DNA of 40,118 nt from a virus (Duplodnaviria > Caudoviricetes), in IMG/VR virus record IMGVR_UViG_3300046779_000390, positions 1-40,118 of that record, one strand, 5' to 3'. The stretch's first letter is position 1. Each line of letters begins with the position of its first letter. The notes beneath the pieces were generated by a model. It saw only the letters and a program-made list of their open reading frames with translations, was not told where the DNA came from and ran no database searches. Made by a program: the position numbers and the translations under genes. Of this stretch, positions 33,084 to 40,118 are shown piece after piece.

Positions 33084-34019
33084 TTACACCGCCGATTTCA
33101 AGTATCGAACAATTACAATTCCAGAACCACCTGAACCACCAGAAGCACTGCCAGATGTATTTGCACCACCACCGCCACCTCCACCTGCGTTAGCGGTACC
33201 ATTCCCAGCAGCAGTATTTGTATAAGGCGCTCCACCAGTTGTGCTTCCAGCAATAGCACCAGTACCACCACCACCTGCGCCTCCAGCGCGTGGGGTTAGT
33301 GTAGATAGAAGTGTTCCCTGCGCTGCTCCACCACCACCGCCAGCATAGTAACCGCTAACTCCAGTACTCGTTGCGCTAGCCCAAGATGATAGTGATGCAG
33401 TACCACTTCCGCCAATTCCAGCAGGACCAGAAGATGAATAACTACCGCCAACGGCATCAGCACCACCACCGCCAGCAGAAGCATAGATGCCTCCACCAAA
33501 AGCAGATACTCCACCACCATTATTACCTTCACCAGAAACACCTGTTCCGCCACTGCCAGAACCAGATACACGGGCTGATGCACCGCCGCCTGAACCGCCA
33601 GAATTTCCATTAGAACCTGGTGAGCCAGTATAAGAACCACCTGAGCCACCGCCAGAGGTGCTGGCTACAGAACCCAAAGATGAGGAATTTCCAGACGTAG
33701 CGCTACCTCCACCAGCACCAATAGTACAGGTGTAAGAATTAGGTGTTAATGCCTGAGATGAAAATAGTTTTGCTCCACCCGCGCCACCGCCGCCGCCAGG
33801 TGAACCGTTCATTGAGCCACCACCGCCACCACCTGAAACAATAAAAATATCAGCAGTCAACGTTCCACCAATTACGGTAAATGTTCCATTGCTAGTAAAA
33901 GTACGATAGTAGTATGTTGAGTCAGATGCAAGCGTTCCACCAAGTACGGTGATACCTGCTCCCGCTTGAAGTCCATATGCTCTAGCACTAGCACCAGAGA
34001 ATGTTCCTATAATTGGCAC
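33084..34019 (-). CDS. Glycine-rich adhesin-like protein 3
   Basis: Poly-Gly motifs, C-terminal GGSGIVIVRY. Confidence 0.8.
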   Translation of the reverse strand: MPIIGTFSGASARAYGLQAGAGITVLGGTLASDSTYYYRTFTSNGTFTVIGGTLTADIFIVSGGGGGGSMNGSPGGGGGAGGAKLFSSQALTPNSYTCTIGAGGGSATSGNSSSLGSVASTSGGGSGGSYTGSPGSNGNSGGSGGGASARVSGSGSGGTGVSGEGNNGGGVSAFGGGIYASAGGGGADAVGGSYSSSGPAGIGGSGTASLSSWASATSTGVSGYYAGGGGGAAQGTLLSTLTPRAGGAGGGGTGAIAGSTTGGAPYTNTAAGNGTANAGGGGGGGANTSGSASGGSGGSGIVIVRYLKSAV

Positions 34020-34028
34020 AGTTTCTCC

Positions 34029-34604
34029 TTAGATAAATTTAGATTGTGATTCAAGAACTAGGTATGTAGGTGTTGCTGCTGTCTTAAGAATTGTGAATGA
34101 ATAGATGTCAGTTGCTGATGCATTTCCACCTGAGATTGCTGTACCACCCTGCACCTTTGGTGTTACTGTGGTTCCGTCTACCTGAATTGTATTAGGGTAA
34201 TAGGCAGTAGTTCCATTAGGTGTAATCCATACAACAGTAACTGATTCTCCTACTGACAACTTGCTGGCAAGAGTTGTGCCAGAGTTGTATCGGAAATTAA
34301 GAGTATGGTTTGCTGTAGCATTAGATGTGTAGTACCAAATTCCAGCAGTTTCAACGTCAATGTTGATTGTTCCAGTAGCAGCAGATGCAACAATGTTTGT
34401 AGTCTCAGATGGAGACTTAAATGTTGGATAGTTAGTTACTGGGTCGTTAATAGTTGGAGTAGTCAGCGTTGCTGATGTAGATGCAGCCTTAGAATCCAAC
34501 TGTGTTTGGATGGCAGAGGTAACTCCATCTACATACCCAAGTTCTGTTGCAGTTACAGCAGATAGTGCTGTTGAAGCATTGGCTAAGTCGCGTGCTTTGG
34601 TCAT
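34029..34604 (-). CDS. Tail fibre-associated protein
   Basis: MTKARDLAN start, ELGYVDGVTSAIQTQLD motif, beta-rich C-terminal domain. Confidence 0.7.
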   Translation of the reverse strand: MTKARDLANASTALSAVTATELGYVDGVTSAIQTQLDSKAASTSATLTTPTINDPVTNYPTFKSPSETTNIVASAATGTINIDVETAGIWYYTSNATANHTLNFRYNSGTTLASKLSVGESVTVVWITPNGTTAYYPNTIQVDGTTVTPKVQGGTAISGGNASATDIYSFTILKTAATPTYLVLESQSKFI

Positions 34605-34855
34605 TCAGGTACCTCTTCAGTTGATGGAGTGACAAAGTTAGTGCCATCCCAAATATCGCCAGAGCCTGCGTACTTGCCACGAAATGTAGCGTTGTATGAT
34701 GTCTGAGCCCATTCGGTATCTTCGCCATAAAGTGACTTGCAAAAAGCAATACCAATTGATTCTTGCTCAACACCATTTTCATCGTGGAGAACTTCGTTGT
34801 TAACTACGATTACTTCACGGACAATGTTGTCTTCTAATCTTGCAAAATGTGCCAT
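34601..34855 (-). CDS. Small fibre-associated protein (MAHFA type)
   Basis: Paralogous to 32794-33081. Confidence 0.7.
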   Translation of the reverse strand: MAHFARLEDNIVREVIVVNNEVLHDENGVEQESIGIAFCKSLYGEDTEWAQTSYNATFRGKYAGSGDIWDGTNFVTPSTEEVPE

Positions 34856-34865
34856 TATATTTTCC

Positions 34866-35696
34866 TTATCCTAGAACTATAACTACGTAACCTGAACCAC
34901 CTGCGCCTGAAGTAGTGTTTCCACCACCACCACCGCCACCAGTATTTGCTGTACCTGCAGTTCCGTTAGTGCCTGTAGTACCTGCACCTCCACCACCAAG
35001 ACCGCCAGTAGAGTTGTTTACTGGTCCGAATCCACCACCACCACCACCGAAATATGTTCCAGTGCCAGTAATTGTTGTAAGTAAGCCATCGCCACCATTA
35101 CCAGGTACGTTTGAACCAGAGGTTCCACCGCCTGCAGCAGTGGCTCCGCCACCGCCACCACCTGAGTTAGTTCCATTGTTGTTGCCACCAGCATTACCTA
35201 GTGTTGGCGTTCCAGGACCGCCTGAAGAGGCAAAGTTTCGTGCACCTCCACCACCAGAACCGCCTCCGCTGCCGTGGATTCGCTTAGAACCTCCACCTGC
35301 CGCTCCACCGCCTCCACCACCAGGTGCTGCGTATATACCACAAAGTGAACCAGTACCGTTGATACCATTAGTTTCGTTAAAGTAGTTACCAGAACCACCA
35401 GCACCAATTGTTACTGTATGAGAACCAGCAGTAAAGTAAACTCCTGTTTGATAGAAGACTCCACCTGCGCCACCGCCGCCTTCTGAAGCGCCACCACCGC
35501 CACCGACAACAAGAAGTTCGGCAAAGCCAGCCTTATCAAGAGTGATAGAGCCAGAGCCTGTGTACTTAATAATTGTCTTACCAGCACGGGTTGATGTATC
35601 AATTGTTGGAGAGCCTGTTGTTGCAGAGTAAGTTGCTAGACCAGGACTCATCGGTTGAGATGAATTAAAAGAAGTTGTAAATTTAGAAATTGTCAT
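34866..35696 (-). CDS. Glycine-rich adhesin-like protein 2
   Basis: Poly-Gly motifs; N-terminal GSPTIDTSTRAGKTI shared with protein 1. Confidence 0.8.
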   Translation of the reverse strand: MTISKFTTSFNSSQPMSPGLATYSATTGSPTIDTSTRAGKTIIKYTGSGSITLDKAGFAELLVVGGGGGASEGGGGAGGVFYQTGVYFTAGSHTVTIGAGGSGNYFNETNGINGTGSLCGIYAAPGGGGGGAAGGGSKRIHGSGGGSGGGGARNFASSGGPGTPTLGNAGGNNNGTNSGGGGGGATAAGGGTSGSNVPGNGGDGLLTTITGTGTYFGGGGGGFGPVNNSTGGLGGGGAGTTGTNGTAGTANTGGGGGGGNTTSGAGGSGYVVIVLG

Positions 35697-36508
35697 TAGA
35701 CCACCACCACTACGAATCCTGAAGAACCTGAACCACCAGAGTTGGGTCCAGATGCACCACCACCTCCGCCAGAGCCAGAGTTTGCTGGACTTGCGGATAA
35801 ACCAGCATTATTTTGTCCACCGTTACCACCGATACCGCTACCACCTGTACCTCTTGCAGTAGAGCCACCGCCACCTCCGCCACCTGCATAAAATACAGAT
35901 GTACCAGTAATTGAGTTTGCTAATCCAATACCGCCAGCACCTGGAGTGCCACCAGAACCACCAGCGTTAGAGCCAGCACCGCCAGCACCGCCGCCTCCAC
36001 CGCCAACAACGTTACCGCTACCGCCTGCGTTTCCTTGACCAAGTTGTGCAGCGCCACCTGAAGTGTTCGGACTACCTTGCCCGCCTCCACCAGAGCCGCC
36101 AACTTCACCGTTGTATGCGTATTGTGAAGTTCCTTTACCGCCACTGCCTCCACCAAGAGCAACAATATTATCGATAGCGCTTGCGCCACCACCAGTTGCG
36201 CTACCGCCTCCAGCGCCAACGGTAACAGTCAAAGTTCCAGCAGGTAATAATGAAGATGCACTGTAAAGGTAGCCACCTGCACCACCTCCGCCACAATAAG
36301 TTCCATATGGCGCACCCCCGCCTCCGCCTCCGCCAAGTACAAAAATTTCAGCGTAGCCAGCATTACTAAGGGTGATAGAACCACTGCCAGTAAACTTGTA
36401 AATAGTTTTACCTGGACGCGATGTTGTATCTACTGTTGGTGAACCAGAAGTAGAAGAGACTATTGCTGCGCCAATTGATTTGGCACCAGTAAAAGTTGAG
36501 ACTGACAT
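35696..36508 (-). CDS. Glycine-rich adhesin-like protein 1
   Basis: Poly-Gly motifs; GSPTVDTTSRPGKTI. Confidence 0.8.
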   Translation of the reverse strand: MSVSTFTGAKSIGAAIVSSTSGSPTVDTTSRPGKTIYKFTGSGSITLSNAGYAEIFVLGGGGGGGAPYGTYCGGGGAGGYLYSASSLLPAGTLTVTVGAGGGSATGGGASAIDNIVALGGGSGGKGTSQYAYNGEVGGSGGGGQGSPNTSGGAAQLGQGNAGGSGNVVGGGGGGAGGAGSNAGGSGGTPGAGGIGLANSITGTSVFYAGGGGGGGSTARGTGGSGIGGNGGQNNAGLSASPANSGSGGGGGASGPNSGGSGSSGFVVVVV

Positions 36509-36825
36509 TAAGCCTCGTCTCCAAATGCTGTGAATGTTACGTTAGCAGTGGAAGCGTATACTGTCAGAACATCTGTAGCAGCAAGTGTAATTCCAAGGGT
36601 AAGTGCTGTTGAGTCATTTGCTGACAAAGCAACATCGTATGCAATGTACTGTGATGCAGCAAGGGTTGCTCCAGCAACGCGTACAGCAATACGATATGTA
36701 GCAGCAGTAGATAGGTTAGCAACTACTAGAGTAGAGACAACTGCTGTCTTACCAGATGGAACTGTGTATAGAGTTGTTGCTGTAGTTGCTGATGGGTTAG
36801 ACTGCCCAAGTACTTTTTTAGCCAT
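36508..36825 (-). CDS. Small beta-rich tail fibre adaptor-like protein
   Basis: 105 aa, AGGAG site, between fibre and Gly-rich genes. Confidence 0.7.
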   Translation of the reverse strand: MAKKVLGQSNPSATTATTLYTVPSGKTAVVSTLVVANLSTAATYRIAVRVAGATLAASQYIAYDVALSANDSTALTLGITLAATDVLTVYASTANVTFTAFGDEA

Positions 36826-36847
36826 TTGTATTTCTCCTATTAGTTTC

Positions 36848-39058
36848 TTAAGCGCCCATCATCATAAAGATGTCAGCGGTTGGGTCGGTTGTTACAGAAG
36901 CCCAAGTTGCTGTGCTTCCATCTGTTGTTAAATATTTTCCTGTGTTACCTGATTGAGAAGGTAGGGCATCTACTGCAGCCCATTCAAGTCCTGTTGCTGT
37001 TGAAGAGTTAGCCTTGAGGAATTGTCCGTTGCTTCCGACAGTCAACTTACCTGGTGTGTCTGCAGATGTTCCTACAAGAATGTCACCCTTAGCATCGAAT
37101 ACTGAACGAGCAATAGCATCAGCAAGTTCAAACGCTGTGAAGGTAATAATCTCTACAATGTCGCTAGCAGCAAGGGCTGCAAGGGATGTGATGCTTGAGC
37201 CATCAGTTGCTGTGTAGTCAGATGTACGAGCAAGCAGTACGCCATTGAGGTATACCTGCTCCTTGCCTGGGATGTAGGAAAGTGTAAGTCCGTTAGCATC
37301 TGTACCAGAGAGCGATGTTTCTCCGCCTGACGCTGTGAAGCGGAAGCGGTAGATGTCAGCAGTAGATGAGATTGAACCCCACTCTGTGCCAGTCCAAGCG
37401 TACATAGCATTGTCTACAGAGTTCCAGTAGATAGCACCTTCAAGCAATGCATCTCCGTCATTATCTACAGATGGAGCAGAGGACTTGCTACCAAGGTAGC
37501 GGTCATCGAAATTGTCATAGGTTGTAGCGGCGGCAGCAGCGCTGGCTGCAGCGGCTGTAGCAGAACCAGCAACTGTATCTACATACGCTTTTGTAGCAGC
37601 GTGTAGGTCTACTGTAGGAGCACCTGACAAGGTAAGAGCACCTGTCATTGTGCTTCCTGCCTTAAGTACGAATGACTCGTAGACAGTTCCGCCTGACTGG
37701 ATTGCGCTAGCAATCTCACCAAGAGTATCAAGTGTAGAAGGTGCTGAGTTAACTAGGTCTGCAACCTTAGTATCTACATACAACTTAGTCGCAGCATCTG
37801 CGTTATCTGTTGGTGTAGCAAGAGTTGTAATCTTTTGGCTGTTCATTGAGATTGCAGCAACAGGGTCAGCAAACTCATCGAGAGTGTATGCCTTGACTGT
37901 TGATGCTAAATCAGAGATAGTAGATGCTGCCTGTGTACCAGTGTGGTTAGCACGGGCATATGGGTCAGATACCATCTTGGCTGCAGTGATAGTTCCGTCT
38001 GCAATGTCTGAGGCTACGATAGTTCCGTCAACCAAGTCAGCGGAAGTAATAGTTCCACCAAGGTCCAACTTAGTCTTGGCAATTGCTGCCGATGCATTGA
38101 TGTCTGCGTTAACGATAGTGCCGTTAGCAATCATCGTTGAGGTTACTGTACCTGTATCAGCCTGTGTTACAGCAGTACCTGAAATCTTTGTTGCTGTAAT
38201 AGCGGCAGATGAATTGATGTCAGCATCTACGATTGTGCCATTGGCAATCATTGTCGATGTAACTGTTCCAGTGTCTGTTGTGTACACACCGTTAGTTACT
38301 GTTCCAGCATTACCTGAAACTGTACCAGTTACGTTACCTGTCAAGTTACCAGTAAAGGTTCCTGCAATAGCACCAGTACCTGTAATGGTTGGGCTAGTCA
38401 GCGTCTTGTTTGTAAGTGTCTGTGTACCAGTCAATGTAACTACACCTGTAAGGGTGTTGCTTGCTGAGTCAATTGTCTTGTTTGTTAAAGTTTGTGTTGT
38501 ATCTGTACCAACAAGAGTTGTTGTAGCGTTAGGGATAGTAACAGTACGGTCTGCTGTAGGTTCTGCTGCAGTGAGGGTTGTCTCGTATGAATCAGCAGTT
38601 GCTCCCTCGAATACAATGCTTCCATCTCCAAGGGATAGGCTTGTAATTACTGGGCTTGTAAGAGTCTTGTTGGTCAGGGTTTGAGTGTCTGTTGTGCCAA
38701 CTACTGAACCAGTAAGTCCGTGCACTCCAGATGAAGCCTCAACGTGAGTGTTAGCCTCACGGTAGTCACGACCAATTGCCATATGACGAACTACTGCACC
38801 TGCAGAGTGAGCCTGACCAGTAGAGCCATCTACGCCACGTGTTACTGTAAGAGTATTTGTCGATACCGCCGTGACATCTACAATTTCTTCAAGGGCTGTA
38901 TCTGGGTCGATGACAACTGTAAAGGTTTCACCCGCTGAGATGGTTGTACCACCAAGCAGTGCTGAACCAGATACAACAGTTGCAGATGTACCAGATGAGG
39001 ATAGAGCGCCAGTCAGCGTTGTCTGCTGAGAGCGGGATGAATATTTTCTAGTTGTCAT
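36848..39058 (-). CDS. Tail fibre protein
   Basis: Thr/Ala-rich with repeated TQTLTNKT, DTGTVTSTMIANGTIV and AATKxYVD fibre motifs. Confidence 0.85.
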   Translation of the reverse strand: MTTRKYSSRSQQTTLTGALSSSGTSATVVSGSALLGGTTISAGETFTVVIDPDTALEEIVDVTAVSTNTLTVTRGVDGSTGQAHSAGAVVRHMAIGRDYREANTHVEASSGVHGLTGSVVGTTDTQTLTNKTLTSPVITSLSLGDGSIVFEGATADSYETTLTAAEPTADRTVTIPNATTTLVGTDTTQTLTNKTIDSASNTLTGVVTLTGTQTLTNKTLTSPTITGTGAIAGTFTGNLTGNVTGTVSGNAGTVTNGVYTTDTGTVTSTMIANGTIVDADINSSAAITATKISGTAVTQADTGTVTSTMIANGTIVNADINASAAIAKTKLDLGGTITSADLVDGTIVASDIADGTITAAKMVSDPYARANHTGTQAASTISDLASTVKAYTLDEFADPVAAISMNSQKITTLATPTDNADAATKLYVDTKVADLVNSAPSTLDTLGEIASAIQSGGTVYESFVLKAGSTMTGALTLSGAPTVDLHAATKAYVDTVAGSATAAAASAAAAATTYDNFDDRYLGSKSSAPSVDNDGDALLEGAIYWNSVDNAMYAWTGTEWGSISSTADIYRFRFTASGGETSLSGTDANGLTLSYIPGKEQVYLNGVLLARTSDYTATDGSSITSLAALAASDIVEIITFTAFELADAIARSVFDAKGDILVGTSADTPGKLTVGSNGQFLKANSSTATGLEWAAVDALPSQSGNTGKYLTTDGSTATWASVTTDPTADIFMMMGA

Positions 39059-39067
39059 TGCTGGTCC

Positions 39068-40003
39068 TTATCGGCGGGAGTAGTGAACTTTAGGAGGGTA
39101 GTTCTGTTGCTGTGCCTTTGTCTCTTCGTTAAGGCGTTGTGTGTAAAGAGCATAGAGTTGCTTAGTCGCACTCTGTGATGCACCGTATGGGCGCTTAGAG
39201 TCTGTCTCATCAGCCTGTGGGCTAACCTGTGCAGCACGTGCTGGGTCAAGGAATGAGAGCAGGCGATAGGCTGCACCAAGAATCACTACGTCCCGCGTTG
39301 ATTCTGGCAAGCCTGTTACTGTTGTATAAACATCTGTGTTTGCTGAGAAGGGGTTAGGGTCAGTTGCATAGACAACCTTGACTGTACGACCAGAGATAGG
39401 TGCTTCGCCAAGAGTGATTGTCTGAACTGTATCTGTGCCAGTGACATAACCGAATGCCTCAGGATTTGCTACAGCATCAAGGTCCCACTTACGGATGATG
39501 CGCCATTCCTTAGAAGGTCCGATGTCCTGCCAGTGAACCGTCAAGATATTCTTGATGTTCAAGTTAGCAAAAGCGTATGTGCTCTGTGCTGCGTTGAAGG
39601 TAAAGGTTGTTGTCTTGACTGCAAAGATGTTTGCTCCAAGGGAGCGGATAGTGTCATTGATTGCACGCTTGACACTGTAGCGAGGGAAGGTAGGAGAGAT
39701 AGTCACCTTGCTGTCAGCAGTGTGTGTTGCTGCAGTTGTGCCAAGGTAGCCACGACCATAAGGAGATACTGTTGCAGTATTTGCTACGCGGTCAAATGAA
39801 TCTACCCAAAGAAGTTCTTCATCAATCTCAAGGATACCTTTACCTACTGAGTCAGTTGACCCTAGGCTAAGGACAAGTGGTGATGCACTTGTTGATGTAG
39901 TTGTTGTTACTGCAGATGTAAGGTAGGTGCTACGGTCCTGTTGGAATGTATACCCAGCAAGGTTGACGAGTACCTCGTCCATCATATTATTTAGAGTTGT
40001 CAT
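39068..40003 (-). CDS. Tail adaptor / tail tubular A-like protein
   Basis: 311 aa, first gene of the tail cluster; helical ends around a beta core. Confidence 0.6.
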   Translation of the reverse strand: MTTLNNMMDEVLVNLAGYTFQQDRSTYLTSAVTTTTSTSASPLVLSLGSTDSVGKGILEIDEELLWVDSFDRVANTATVSPYGRGYLGTTAATHTADSKVTISPTFPRYSVKRAINDTIRSLGANIFAVKTTTFTFNAAQSTYAFANLNIKNILTVHWQDIGPSKEWRIIRKWDLDAVANPEAFGYVTGTDTVQTITLGEAPISGRTVKVVYATDPNPFSANTDVYTTVTGLPESTRDVVILGAAYRLLSFLDPARAAQVSPQADETDSKRPYGASQSATKQLYALYTQRLNEETKAQQQNYPPKVHYSRR

Positions 40004-40007
40004 TAGG

Positions 40008-40118
40008 CGTTGATGCTCCTTAACGCTGCAGGGGCTGCAAGCCCAGTGGTTCCAGCAATCTCATTGCAGATGCCATCGATGTCTTTGAACTTATCTCTTG
40101 TGCGTCCAGCCTGTGCCT
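40008..40118. repeat. Terminal direct repeat, right copy
   Basis: Identical to 1-111. Confidence 0.97.

Noticed and set aside
33084-36508. Diversity-generating retroelement or invertible tail cassette
   Set aside because: No reverse transcriptase, recombinase or near-identical template/variable repeat pair seen.
29255-39058. Many plus-strand and alternative-frame ORFs (poly-Pro, Gln/Leu-rich)
   Set aside because: They are shadows of low-complexity Gly-, Pro- and Thr-rich minus-strand genes and lack ribosome-binding sites.
40008-40118. 111-bp terminal repeat as biological direct terminal repeat
   Set aside because: It falls inside a coding sequence that reads through the junction, as expected for an assembler overlap on a circular contig.
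1-40118. Temperate lifestyle or alternative genetic code
   Set aside because: No integrase, repressor or partition genes recognised; genes tile densely under the standard code using all three stop codons.

Overview
The window is an apparently complete dsDNA tailed-phage genome. Bases 1-111 are repeated exactly at 40008-40118, giving a 40,007-bp circle, and one gene reads through the junction. Two WhiB-family genes, an actinobacterial-type transglycosylase, a split primase and an FmdB zinc ribbon point to an actinobacterial host; the moderate GC and gene style suggest freshwater Actinobacteria (inference). The minus strand carries terminase, portal, an Ntn-hydrolase, three probable internal virion proteins, scaffold, major capsid, small basic proteins, a glycosyltransferase, tail and Gly-rich adhesin genes, a lysis cassette and a replication block with no DNA polymerase. 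A plus-strand block of small early genes (17.2-22.2 kb) includes an Ocr-like protein. No integrase, canonical tRNA or CRISPR array was seen. The most unusual signals are non-coding: (1) four CRP-type palindromes each 10-11 bp upstream of a TTGACA, (2) two perfect DnaA boxes, (3) a promoter-to-terminator ORF-free unit folding into a kissing-loop three-way junction, (4) a hairpin displaying an anti-Shine-Dalgarno loop, (5) a pseudoknotted scaffold leader, and (6) a 50-nt tRNA-like element. All protein calls come from motif recognition and all RNA folds were made by eye; no searches were run.
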